Shown in pieces: positions 50,420-59,375 of a DNA stretch of 64,000 nucleotides. The stretch comes from Candidatus Methylomirabilia bacterium (lineage in GTDB: Bacteria; Methylomirabilota; Methylomirabilia; Rokubacteriales; CSP1-6). The stretch is taken from NCBI GenBank assembly GCA_041496385.1, contig JBGQEL010000015.1:1-64000 (forward strand), written 5' to 3'. Position 1 is the first letter of the stretch. Each line of letters begins with the position of its first letter. Below the pieces are notes generated by a model that saw only the letters and a list, made by a program, of their open reading frames with translations, was not told where the DNA came from and made no database searches. Made by a program: the position numbers and the translations under genes.

Positions 50420-52807
50420 TCACGGAACGAGATAGACGAGCGTGAAGATCACGATCCACACGACGTCCACGAAGTGCCAGTAGAGGCCCGCGATCTCCAC
50501 CTTGATCGCGTCGCGCGCGCCGAGCCTCCCGCGCAGGTCGAGGATCGCGAGGGCGAGGAGCCAGATCACGCCGAGCGTGACGTGGCCGCCGTGGAGCCCC
50601 GTGAGCACGAAGAAGGTCGAGCCGAAGAGGTTCCCCTCGAGCGTCAGGCCCTCCTGGACGAAGTGCGCGAACTCGTAGACCTGGAAGCCGAGGAAGACGA
50701 GGCCGAAGAACGCGGTGCCGAAGAGCCAGAGGCGCGCCTGCCACCGGTCGCCGCGCTGGACCGCCGCCAGGGCCAGCACCATGAGCAGGCTCGACATCAG
50801 CAGGTCGAAGGTCGAGAGCGTCGTGAGCGGGATGTTCAGGATCTGGTGAGGCTCGGGCCCCGTGACGCTCCGGCCCTTGTAGGCGAGGTAGGTGGCGACG
50901 AGCGTGCCGAAGAAGAAGCACTCCGAGCCCAGGAAGACCCACATCGCGACCTTCCGGTGATCCACGCCGAGGTCGCCCGTCTGGTGCTCGTGAGCCGGGT
51001 TCCGGTGGTGCTCGAGCGCGAAGCCGAACGCGCACGCCACGGTCGCCAGCGCGCCGGCGATCACGACGGCGAGGCCCGTGAGCGCGCCGACGGCCGTGGT
51101 GATCATTGCGAGCGCGGTCAGCACCGGCCAGTACGACCCCCCCGGCATATGCACATGCTCGGCTAAGGGAGCGGTCGGGGCGGCGAGGGTTCCCGGGCGA
51201 GTGTCGTTCCGAAGCCCGGAACCCTCGCCGCCCCGACCGCTCCCGCCGTACTTCTCGCGCCAGAACGTGTCGCGGCCGTAGACCGGCGGGATGGCGTCGA
51301 AGTCGTGGGGCGGCGGCGGCGACGAGGTGCGCCACTCGAGCGTGCGCCCGTCCCACGGATCGGCGGGCGCCCGCGCGCCGGTGCGGAGACTCCGCCAGGC
51401 GCCGATCATGAAGAGGAGCACGCCGAGCGCGATGCCGAAGGCGCCGGCCGTGGAGACCGCGTTCCAGAACGACCAGCCGGCGTCGGGCGAGTAGGTGTAG
51501 ATCCGCCGGGGCATCCCGATGGCGCCGAGGTAGTGCTGCGGGAAGAACGCCACGTTGAAGCCGATGCAGAGCACCCAGAAGGTCAGCCGGCCGAGCCGCT
51601 CGTCGAGGAGGCGGCCCGTGATCTTCGGCCACCAGTAGTAGGCGCCGGCGAAGAGGCCGAAGAGGCTCCCGCCGATCAGCACGTAGTGGAAGTGGGCGAC
51701 GACGAAGTAGGAGTCGGTCTGCTGCAGGTCCACGGGCGGCGAGGCGTGCATGATCCCGGAGAGCCCGCCGATCGTGAAGAGCCCGACGAGGCCGACGGCG
51801 AAGCGCATCGCCGTCGTCAGGCGGATCGAGCCGCCCCAGAGGGTGGCGAGCCAGTTGAAGATCTTCACCCCCGTCGGGATCGCGATCAGCATCGTGGCGA
51901 TCGAGAAGGCGGCGTCGGCGACCGGACCCATGCCCGCGGCGAACATGTGATGGCTCCAGACGCCGAAGCCGAAGAAGCCGATGAGCACGCCCGAATAGAT
52001 GACGACCGGCGCGCCGAACAGCGGCTTGCGCGCGAACGTCGGCAGCACCTCCGAGACGATCCCGAACGCCGGGAGGATCAGGATGTAGACCTCCGGGTGG
52101 CCGAAGATCCAGAAGAGGTGCTGCCAGAGGTGGAGGTCGGCGCCCGCGGCGACGTCGTAGAAGCGCGTGCCGAAGAAGCGGTCGAACATGAGGAAGACGA
52201 GCCCCACCGTGATCGGCGGGAACGCCAGCACGATCAGGAACTGCACGACCAGCGTCATCCAGGCGAAGACGGGCATGCGCATGAGCGTCATGCCCGGCGC
52301 GCGCATGTTCAGGATGGTGACGATGAAGTTGACCGCCGCGATCATCGAGCTGACGCCGAGGATCAGGAGGCTCAGGATCCAGAAGTCCACGCCGTGCCCC
52401 GGGGAGAACTGCTTCGACGTGAGGTTCGCGTAGCCGAACCAGCCGACGTCGGGCGGCGAGCCGACGAGGACGCTCGCGTTCAGGAAGAGGCCGCCGAAGA
52501 GGAAGATCCAGAAGCTGAGCGCGTTGAGCCGCGGGAACGCGACGTCGCGCGCGCCGATCAGGAGCGGGATCATGTAGTTGAAGAACGCCGCGTTGAGCGG
52601 CATGACCGCGAGGAACACCATGGTCGTGCCGTGCATCGTGAACAGCGCGTTGTACGTCTCGGCGCCGACGAGGCGCTGCCCCGGGCCCGCGAGCTGCAGC
52701 CGGATCACCAGCGCCTCGAGCCCGCCCACCAGCAGGAAGCCGAACGCCGTCACGCCGTAGAGGACGCCGATGCGCTTGTGATCGACCGTCGTGATCCAGG
52801 ACGTCAT
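50420..52807 (-). CDS. ctaD: cytochrome c oxidase subunit I fused to subunit III
   Basis: TVDHKRIG, GHPEVY, WSHH, HFH, GMPRR; C-terminal FLGSE..TGLHGGHV..YWHFVD. Confidence 0.95.
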   Translation of the reverse strand: MTSWITTVDHKRIGVLYGVTAFGFLLVGGLEALVIRLQLAGPGQRLVGAETYNALFTMHGTTMVFLAVMPLNAAFFNYMIPLLIGARDVAFPRLNALSFWIFLFGGLFLNASVLVGSPPDVGWFGYANLTSKQFSPGHGVDFWILSLLILGVSSMIAAVNFIVTILNMRAPGMTLMRMPVFAWMTLVVQFLIVLAFPPITVGLVFLMFDRFFGTRFYDVAAGADLHLWQHLFWIFGHPEVYILILPAFGIVSEVLPTFARKPLFGAPVVIYSGVLIGFFGFGVWSHHMFAAGMGPVADAAFSIATMLIAIPTGVKIFNWLATLWGGSIRLTTAMRFAVGLVGLFTIGGLSGIMHASPPVDLQQTDSYFVVAHFHYVLIGGSLFGLFAGAYYWWPKITGRLLDERLGRLTFWVLCIGFNVAFFPQHYLGAIGMPRRIYTYSPDAGWSFWNAVSTAGAFGIALGVLLFMIGAWRSLRTGARAPADPWDGRTLEWRTSSPPPPHDFDAIPPVYGRDTFWREKYGGSGRGGEGSGLRNDTRPGTLAAPTAPLAEHVHMPGGSYWPVLTALAMITTAVGALTGLAVVIAGALATVACAFGFALEHHRNPAHEHQTGDLGVDHRKVAMWVFLGSECFFFGTLVATYLAYKGRSVTGPEPHQILNIPLTTLSTFDLLMSSLLMVLALAAVQRGDRWQARLWLFGTAFFGLVFLGFQVYEFAHFVQEGLTLEGNLFGSTFFVLTGLHGGHVTLGVIWLLALAILDLRGRLGARDAIKVEIAGLYWHFVDVVWIVIFTLVYLVP
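51167..51244. repeat. intragenic palindromic element, copy 2 (in ctaD)
   Basis: 31-bp inverted arms (one extra C) around loop GAGTGTCGTTCCGAA; 78 bp total; 17-mer core identical to the rsmE copy. Confidence 0.9.
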
Positions 52808-53811
52808 TTGAGACTCAGCAGATACGCGGCGACGGCGCGCGCCTCGGCGTCGCTCAGGCCGAGCGCCGGCATCTTCACGCCCGGCTTGATCGCGCCCGCG
52901 TCCTTCACCCACGCGGCCACGGTCTGGGGCGTGCTCGGCAGGAGACCGGCCCCGAGCATCCCGCGGCTGCCGAAGGTCGTGAGGTCCGGACCGAGAACGC
53001 CGGCCGATACGCCGCGGATCGTGTGGCAGCCGACGCAGGCGCTCCGCGCGAAGATCGCCTTGCCCTCGGCCGCGACGCCCGCCGGCTCGGCCGGCGTCGC
53101 GCGCTGGGCGGCCACCCATCGCGCGAACGCGTCCGGCGCCTCGACAACGACGCGCATCCCCATGTTGGCGTGCGAGACGCCGCAGAACTCGGCGCACTGG
53201 CCCCAGTACTCGCCGGGCACCTCGGGCGTGAGCGTCAGCACGTTCAGGCGGCCGGGCACCACGTCGCGCTTGCCGCCGAGCCGGGGGACCCAGAAGCTAT
53301 GGATGACGTCGGGCCCCTCGAGCCTGAGCGCCACGGGCCGGCCCGCGGGCAGGTGGAGCTCGTTGGCCGTCACGACGTCGAGCCCCGGGTAGCCGAACTC
53401 CCACCACCACTGGTGGCCGCGCACGAGGATCTCGAGCGCCTGCGGCGGCGGCGCGCCCTGCGTGCGGAAGATGATCTGGATCGTCGGGATCGCTATGACG
53501 AGGAGGATCAACGCCGGCGCGATCGTCCAGGAGAGCTCGAGCAGCGCGTGGCCCCGCGTCTGCGCGGGGAGCGGGGCCCCGGGCCGCTCGCGGAAGCGCA
53601 GGAGGACCCAGGCGAGCGCCGCGAAGACGATGAGGCCGATGCCCGCGGTCGCCCAGGTGATGATCCCGTAGACGTGGAGGATGTCGCGCGCGAAGTCGGA
53701 GCGGGCGGCCACGGTGCTCATGGGCCCGTCCCACGCGCAGCCGCCGAGCAGGAGGACGGCCGCGGCGAGCCCGGGGCGGACGGCGGGCGGCTCGCTGGTC
53801 TGCTCGTTCAC
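52804..53811 (-). CDS. coxB: cytochrome c oxidase subunit II with cytochrome c domain (caa3 type)
   Basis: Lipobox LLGGC, QWWW, DVIHSF, CAEFCGVSHANM, CVGCH. Confidence 0.95.
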   Translation of the reverse strand: MNEQTSEPPAVRPGLAAAVLLLGGCAWDGPMSTVAARSDFARDILHVYGIITWATAGIGLIVFAALAWVLLRFRERPGAPLPAQTRGHALLELSWTIAPALILLVIAIPTIQIIFRTQGAPPPQALEILVRGHQWWWEFGYPGLDVVTANELHLPAGRPVALRLEGPDVIHSFWVPRLGGKRDVVPGRLNVLTLTPEVPGEYWGQCAEFCGVSHANMGMRVVVEAPDAFARWVAAQRATPAEPAGVAAEGKAIFARSACVGCHTIRGVSAGVLGPDLTTFGSRGMLGAGLLPSTPQTVAAWVKDAGAIKPGVKMPALGLSDAEARAVAAYLLSLK

Positions 53812-53855
53812 GCGGGTTGACGCTACCGGAGCGCGGGGCGCTCCGCAAGCGGAGA

Positions 53856-55094
53856 CTAGGCCGCGAGCGTCAGCAGCGCTCGTAGCAGCACGTTCGCGCC
53901 GCGCTCGATCGCGTCCCAGTCGCTCGTCTCGTCCACGCGGTGGCTCCTGCCGCCCTTGGACGGGATGAAGACCATGCCCGCGTCGGTGATCGCGGCGAGG
54001 TTCTGGGCGTCGTGGCCCGCCGCCGAGTAGAGGCGCGTCGCCCCGAGGCCCAGCGCGGCGCAGGCGCCCTCGATCGCGGCCTGCACACGCTCGGCGCAGA
54101 TCGCCGGCGCCGTCGCCGACATAGGCCGGATCTCGACCGCGACGCGGCGGCGCCGCGCGACGCGCCGGGCGAGGCTCACGCAGCGCCGGGCGAGAAGCTC
54201 GAGCGTCTCCGGGTCCGGCCCGCGCATCTCGTGCACGAGCTCGCCCCGCGCGGGCACGATGTTCGACACGCCGGGGTGCACGTGGACGACGCCGACGTTC
54301 GTCACGCTCTGGCCGCCACCGTGCCGCACGACGAGGTCGCGCGCCTTGAGCGCGTACTCGGCCGCCGCGAGGAAGCCGTCGCGGCGCCGCTCCATCGGCG
54401 TGGTGCCGGCGTGGTCGGCCTGGCCCGTGAAGACGACTCGCGAGCGGCGCACGCCGACGATCGACGTGACGACACCGATCGGGATGCCGGCCTCCTCGAG
54501 CCGCGGGCCCTGCTCGATGTGGAGCTCGACATACGCGGACACGGAGCCCGGCGGCACCCGCGCCTCGCCCGCCCGCCGCGCGTCGAAGCCGGCGCGCGTC
54601 ATCGCGTCCACGAGCCGCTCGCCGTCGACCGCGGCCATCTCCTCGACCCGGTCCAGCTCGAGCTTGCCGCAGAAGGCGCGCGACCCGAAGAGGCTCCCGT
54701 AGCGGCCCTCCTCGTCGCTCCACGCCGCCACCGCCAGCGGCAGGCGGTGCGCCGCGCCCGCCTCGCGGATCGTCTGGAGCGCCTCGAGGCCCGTCAGCAC
54801 GCCGAGCGCGCCGTCCAGGATGCCGCCCTCGGGCACCGTGTCGATGTGCGAGCCGGTGAGGACGGCGGGGCGCTCGGCGCCGAAGGTGCGGAGCCCCGTC
54901 GCGCCGAAGACGTTGCCCGCCGCGTCCACCCACGCCTCGAGCCCCGCGGCGCGGATCTCGCCGAGCAGCCACGCGCGCGCCTCCTCGTGCGGCGGCGACC
55001 AGCAGGGGCGCGTGACGCCGCCGCCCGGCAGCGCGCCGAAGCGGGCGAGCGTCTCGACGCGGGAGCGGAGGCGCGGGGCCGAGATCGCGATCAT
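53856..55094 (-). CDS. M20 Zn-dependent amidohydrolase (allantoate/N-carbamoylase family)
   Basis: GSHIDTV, DEEG, ELHIEQG, HAGTTPM, AGHDA. Confidence 0.92.
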   Translation of the reverse strand: MIAISAPRLRSRVETLARFGALPGGGVTRPCWSPPHEEARAWLLGEIRAAGLEAWVDAAGNVFGATGLRTFGAERPAVLTGSHIDTVPEGGILDGALGVLTGLEALQTIREAGAAHRLPLAVAAWSDEEGRYGSLFGSRAFCGKLELDRVEEMAAVDGERLVDAMTRAGFDARRAGEARVPPGSVSAYVELHIEQGPRLEEAGIPIGVVTSIVGVRRSRVVFTGQADHAGTTPMERRRDGFLAAAEYALKARDLVVRHGGGQSVTNVGVVHVHPGVSNIVPARGELVHEMRGPDPETLELLARRCVSLARRVARRRRVAVEIRPMSATAPAICAERVQAAIEGACAALGLGATRLYSAAGHDAQNLAAITDAGMVFIPSKGGRSHRVDETSDWDAIERGANVLLRALLTLAA

Positions 55095-55343
55095 GGAGGC
55101 CAAAGTATATCGCCTTGCCAATGTGATCGACGGACGTTCCTCCTACTTCACGAAGACCAATTCGGGCGCCGGCCCTCCCCCGTGAGCTTTTGCGAGGTGT
55201 AACGCTTGACGGTAGAGGTATCAAAGGTTACGGTGACCGCGTGCGCTGGCTGACCCTTCTCAATGGTCTCTACAGCGTGCTGAAGCAGAAGACGTAGCAG
55301 CCCCACCACACCAAGAAGAACATCCATGAAGGAGACGCACGCG

Positions 55344-56243
55344 ATGAAGGGACTCATACACGCCGTGACGTTGTTCGCACTCACCGCCGCGCTGACCGCG
55401 CCCATCGCCGCGTGGGCCGCAGATCCCGACTGGAAGGCCGTCGAGCAAGCGCTCGGCAAGCCGGGACAGATGCAGCCCGGCGACGTGTTCCGGATAGGGA
55501 TGCCCCGCACGGACCTCAACGTCACGGTGAAGGGCGTGCCGGTGAAGGCCGGATTCGCCCTGGGCTCCTACGCGGCGTTCAAGCAGATCGGAGACCACGC
55601 GATGGTGATGGGTGATCTCGTCCTCCTCGATCAGGAGATCCCCGCGGTGATGTCCGGTCTCTTCGCGGGCGGCCTCGAGGTGACCGCGGTCCATAACCAC
55701 CTGAATGAGATGTCACCGCACACGATGTACATGCACTACAGCGGGCACGGCGACGCGGTGCAGATGGCGCGCGCCGTCCGCCAGGCGTTGGCCGCGAGCG
55801 GCACGCCTCTTGGGGGCTCAGCGCCGCCTTCGGCCCCGGCCGCCGGTGCGACGCTCGACACGAAGGCCATCGAGCAAGCCCTTGGCCGCTCCGGACGTGA
55901 CGTCGGTGCCGGCGTCTTCCAGGTCACGGTGCCCCGCGCCGAGACCATCACGGAGATGGGCCAGCCGCTGCTTCCCGGCATGGGCGTCGTGACGGTGATG
56001 AACTTCCAGCCGACGAGCGACGGCAAGGCGGCGATCACGGGCGACTTCGTCTTGATCGACAGGGAAGTGAACGCGGTGGCCAAGACGCTTCGGCAGCACG
56101 GCGTGGATGTGACGGCGATCCACAATCACGCGCTCATGGATATGCCACGGCTCTTCTACATGCACTTCTGGGCGAACGACGACCCCGTCAAGCTGGCGCA
56201 GGCGCTCAAGGCTGCGCTCGACCAGACCAACAGCCGGAAGTAG
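55344..56243 (+). CDS. DUF1259 (LppY/LpqO-like) exported protein; start 55344 or 55326
   Basis: Signal peptide; duplicated GD.VL..E...TA.HNH..MH repeats. Confidence 0.85.
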   Translation: MKGLIHAVTLFALTAALTAPIAAWAADPDWKAVEQALGKPGQMQPGDVFRIGMPRTDLNVTVKGVPVKAGFALGSYAAFKQIGDHAMVMGDLVLLDQEIPAVMSGLFAGGLEVTAVHNHLNEMSPHTMYMHYSGHGDAVQMARAVRQALAASGTPLGGSAPPSAPAAGATLDTKAIEQALGRSGRDVGAGVFQVTVPRAETITEMGQPLLPGMGVVTVMNFQPTSDGKAAITGDFVLIDREVNAVAKTLRQHGVDVTAIHNHALMDMPRLFYMHFWANDDPVKLAQALKAALDQTNSRK

Positions 56244-56255
56244 GAGGAGCAACTT

Positions 56256-56345
56256 ATGAAGTGGGTCACCCGTGAGAAGGCGCGCGTCGACCTTCCCGGC
56301 GCCCGACGCGCTCTACGCCCCTGCTGCCCCGCGCGATCCACGTGA
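56256..56345 (+). pseudogene. internally deleted chromate-resistance ChrB-like remnant
   Basis: RBS AGGAGG then MKWVTREKARVD; the adjacent frame reads FPAPDALYA, resembling the ChrB C-terminal FPxYDALYA. Confidence 0.65.
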
Positions 56346-56376
56346 GGCGGCTCGGCCCGCTCCGGGCCGTCATGTC

Positions 56377-57297
56377 ATGGCGCTGAGGCACGTCACCAGC
56401 ATCGCGCTGCCCGCCCACGCGAAGGACGGCGGCTTCGACCACGCCGCCGTGCATGGATCTCGCGGACTGCTCTACGTCGCTCACACCGCGAACGACGCGA
56501 TCGACATCGTGGACTGCGTCGCGCATCGCTATGTCGGCTCGATCGCGGGCCTGACCGCTGTGGCGGGCGCACTCGTCTCCGAGGGCGATGACCTCGTCTT
56601 CACGTCCAACCGCGGCGAGAACACGGTTGGCATCTTCACGCCCGGAGACGACGAAGTGACGAAGGTTCGGGTCGGCATCCGGCCGAACGGCCTCGCGTAC
56701 GACAAGGGGCGTCGACTGCTTCTTGCCGCGAACGTCGGCAACCCGGACGTGGTCGGATCGTTCACGGTGTCGATCGTCGACGTCGCGCGGAAAAAGCTCG
56801 TCGCCGACGTGCCCGTGCCGGGACGGACCCGATGGACCGTCTTCGACCCCACGAGCGGGCTCTTCTACGTCAATGTGCTCGATCCCCCGGTCGTCGTCGC
56901 CATCGATGCGACAAAGGCCGAGGTCGCCCGGACCTTTCCGAGTCCGGTCGCCGGACCCCACGGCCTCGCCATCGATGTCCCGAATCGGCATCTCTTCTGT
57001 GCCTGCGACGGCGGTCAGCTGCTCAGAGTGTCCGTGGACTCGGGCCAGATCGTGAACACGGCAGAGCTGAGCGGCGTACCGGACGTGGCCTTCTGGAACG
57101 AACGTCGGCGCCAGGTGTATGTGGCCGTCGGCGATCCGGGGGTGATCGACGTCTTCGACGCCGACAGCCTCAGGCGACTCGCGAGCGTGAAGACAGAGTC
57201 CGGTACGCACACGATCGGCTTCGATGCGGTGCGCCAGACCGTCTACGCGTTCATGCCCGAATCGCATTGCGCTGCCGTGTATGCGATCGCGGACTGA
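56377..57297 (+). CDS. YncE-like beta-propeller protein
   Basis: GGFDHA..LYVAHT, PNGLAYD, PHGLA, THTIGFD repeats. Confidence 0.8.
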   Translation: MALRHVTSIALPAHAKDGGFDHAAVHGSRGLLYVAHTANDAIDIVDCVAHRYVGSIAGLTAVAGALVSEGDDLVFTSNRGENTVGIFTPGDDEVTKVRVGIRPNGLAYDKGRRLLLAANVGNPDVVGSFTVSIVDVARKKLVADVPVPGRTRWTVFDPTSGLFYVNVLDPPVVVAIDATKAEVARTFPSPVAGPHGLAIDVPNRHLFCACDGGQLLRVSVDSGQIVNTAELSGVPDVAFWNERRRQVYVAVGDPGVIDVFDADSLRRLASVKTESGTHTIGFDAVRQTVYAFMPESHCAAVYAIAD

Positions 57298-58105
57298 CCC
57301 CATCATCGTCATCGTCCGCGGTGTCGGCGATGTCGGATCGTCAGTCGCCCATCGTTTGTTTCTCGACCGCTATGCCGTCGCCATCCACGACGTGCCGACG
57401 CCCGCGACAACGAGGCGCGGCATGGCGTTCGCGGACGCGGTCTTCGACGGTCACGCGATTCTCGATGAGGTGCACGCGACGCGCGCGCACGACCTCGTTC
57501 GAGTGAAGGAAGCCCTCGCGGCTCGACGGGCGATTCCGGTGTACGTCGGGGACCTCGGTCCGCTTCTCGCTGATGTTCGACCGCCGGTGCTCGTGGATGC
57601 CCGACTGCGGAAGCACTCTCAGCCGGAAGTGCAGCTGGGGCTGGCGGAATTCACGGTCGGACTGGGTCCGAGTCTCATCGCCGGGCACCACGCCGATGTC
57701 GTCGTCGAAACGAGCTGGGAGCGCCTGGGAGAGGTGATTGCCGAGGGCTCCTCGCTCACGCTCGGCGGTGAGCCGAGCGATCTTGGCGGTCATGCGCGCG
57801 AGCGCTACGTCTATGCCCCGTGCGACGGGCTCTTCCGTACGAAGGCTCGAATCGGCGAAGTGGTCCGTCGAGGTCAGGAGGTCGCCGAGATAGGCTTCAT
57901 GGCGCTTGCCGCGCCGATCGACGGAGTGCTCCGAGGCCTCACGCGAGACGGCGTGCCGGTCACCGTCAGGACCAAGGTCATCGAGGTGGATCCCCGCGGA
58001 TCAGCGGCCGAGGTGCGGGGCATCGGCGAACGCCCGCGCAAGATCGCAGACGGTGTGCTGTCGGCGATCCGGGAGTGGGCGGAGCGGCGCCGTATATCGC
58101 CTTGA
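57281..58105 (+). CDS. YqeB-like selenium-dependent molybdenum hydroxylase system protein
   Basis: VRGVGDVGS.VAHRL, VDARLRK, GLGP, VVET, APCDG, GVLRGL, EVDPR. Confidence 0.8.
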   Translation: MRSRTDPIIVIVRGVGDVGSSVAHRLFLDRYAVAIHDVPTPATTRRGMAFADAVFDGHAILDEVHATRAHDLVRVKEALAARRAIPVYVGDLGPLLADVRPPVLVDARLRKHSQPEVQLGLAEFTVGLGPSLIAGHHADVVVETSWERLGEVIAEGSSLTLGGEPSDLGGHARERYVYAPCDGLFRTKARIGEVVRRGQEVAEIGFMALAAPIDGVLRGLTRDGVPVTVRTKVIEVDPRGSAAEVRGIGERPRKIADGVLSAIREWAERRRISP

Positions 58106-58144
58106 CTTCCCCGGAGGAGGATTCCTAGAATGAACCACGGTTCA
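58102..58144 (+). promoter_or_regulatory. sigma70-type promoter with adjacent palindromic operator
   Basis: TTGACT-18 nt-TAGAAT followed by TGAACC-AC-GGTTCA (58131-58144). Confidence 0.6.
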
Positions 58145-58176
58145 GTACCCCGGATGTGCCCACCTCAGGAGGGGAA

Positions 58177-59367
58177 ATGGACTTCTCGCTGACTCCCGAA
58201 CAGGAGACCTTGCGCCAGACGGTGCGCGCCTGGCTCAAGACGAATATCCCGCGCGAGTGGAAGCACGTCGGCAGCTCCGAGATCCCGCGCGCGGAGGCGT
58301 ACGCGCTGCTGCGGACGTGGCAGCGCAAGCTCTACGACGCGGGCTTCATCGGGCTCACCTGGCCGAAGGACTACGGCGGGCGCGGCCTGACGTTCATGGA
58401 GGAAGTGATCCTCCAGGAGGAGATGGCGGTGGCCAAGGCGCCGCCCATCCTGAACGTGCTGGGCGTCGGCATGGCGGGCCCGACGATCATCGCGTACGGC
58501 ACCGAGGAGCAGAAGCAGCGCTATCCGGCGAAGATCCTCGCGTGCGAGGAGATCTGGTGCCAGGGCTACTCCGAGCCGAACGCCGGCTCGGACCTCGCGT
58601 CGCTCCAGACGCGGGCCGTCAAGGACGGCGAGCACTGGGTGATCAACGGCCAGAAGGTGTGGACCTCGTTCGCGCACGTCTCCGACTGGATGATGCTCCT
58701 GGCGCGGACCGACCCGAGCCTGCCCAAGCACAAGGGCATCACCTATTTCCTCCTGGACATGAAGCTGCCCGGCGTGACGGTCAAGCCGCTCCGGCAGATC
58801 ACGGGCGAGGCGGAGTTCAACGAGGTCTTCTTCGACAACGTCCGTGTCCACGAGTCGCACGTGCTGGGCGGCGTGAACAACGGCTGGGCCGTCGGGATGA
58901 CGACGCTCATGTACGAGCGGCTCACGCTCGGCTTCGCGCTGCAGACCCGGCTCCGGATCGCGCTCGACAGCCTCATCGGGCTGGCGCGTAGCATGGAAAA
59001 GCACGGGCGGGCCGTCACGAAGGATCCCGTCACGCGCCAGAAGATCGCGCAGCTCTGGATCGACACCGAGTGCCTGCGCGTCACGGGCGCCCGCGCGATC
59101 ACCAAGCTCCTGCGCGGCGAGATGCCGGGTCCCGAGGCGTCGGCCGGCAAGATGGTCTGGGTGGAGACGCACCAGCGGCTGCAAGAGCTGGCGATGGACG
59201 TCCAGGGGCCGTACATGCAGCTCGCGAAGGGCTCCGAGTGGGCCGTCGATGGCGGCGTCTGGCAGCAGTCGTTCCTCCGCTCACGCGCCAACTCGATCGA
59301 GGGCGGCACGACGGAGATCCAGAAGAACATCATCGCCGAGCGCGTGCTCGGCCTGCCGAAGGACTAG
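58177..59367 (+). CDS. acyl-CoA dehydrogenase
   Basis: WCQGYSEPNAGSDLASL, NGQKVWTS, FNEVFFD, IEGGTTEIQKNIIAERVLGLP. Confidence 0.95.
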   Translation: MDFSLTPEQETLRQTVRAWLKTNIPREWKHVGSSEIPRAEAYALLRTWQRKLYDAGFIGLTWPKDYGGRGLTFMEEVILQEEMAVAKAPPILNVLGVGMAGPTIIAYGTEEQKQRYPAKILACEEIWCQGYSEPNAGSDLASLQTRAVKDGEHWVINGQKVWTSFAHVSDWMMLLARTDPSLPKHKGITYFLLDMKLPGVTVKPLRQITGEAEFNEVFFDNVRVHESHVLGGVNNGWAVGMTTLMYERLTLGFALQTRLRIALDSLIGLARSMEKHGRAVTKDPVTRQKIAQLWIDTECLRVTGARAITKLLRGEMPGPEASAGKMVWVETHQRLQELAMDVQGPYMQLAKGSEWAVDGGVWQQSFLRSRANSIEGGTTEIQKNIIAERVLGLPKD

Positions 59368-59375
59368 GAGCGGTC

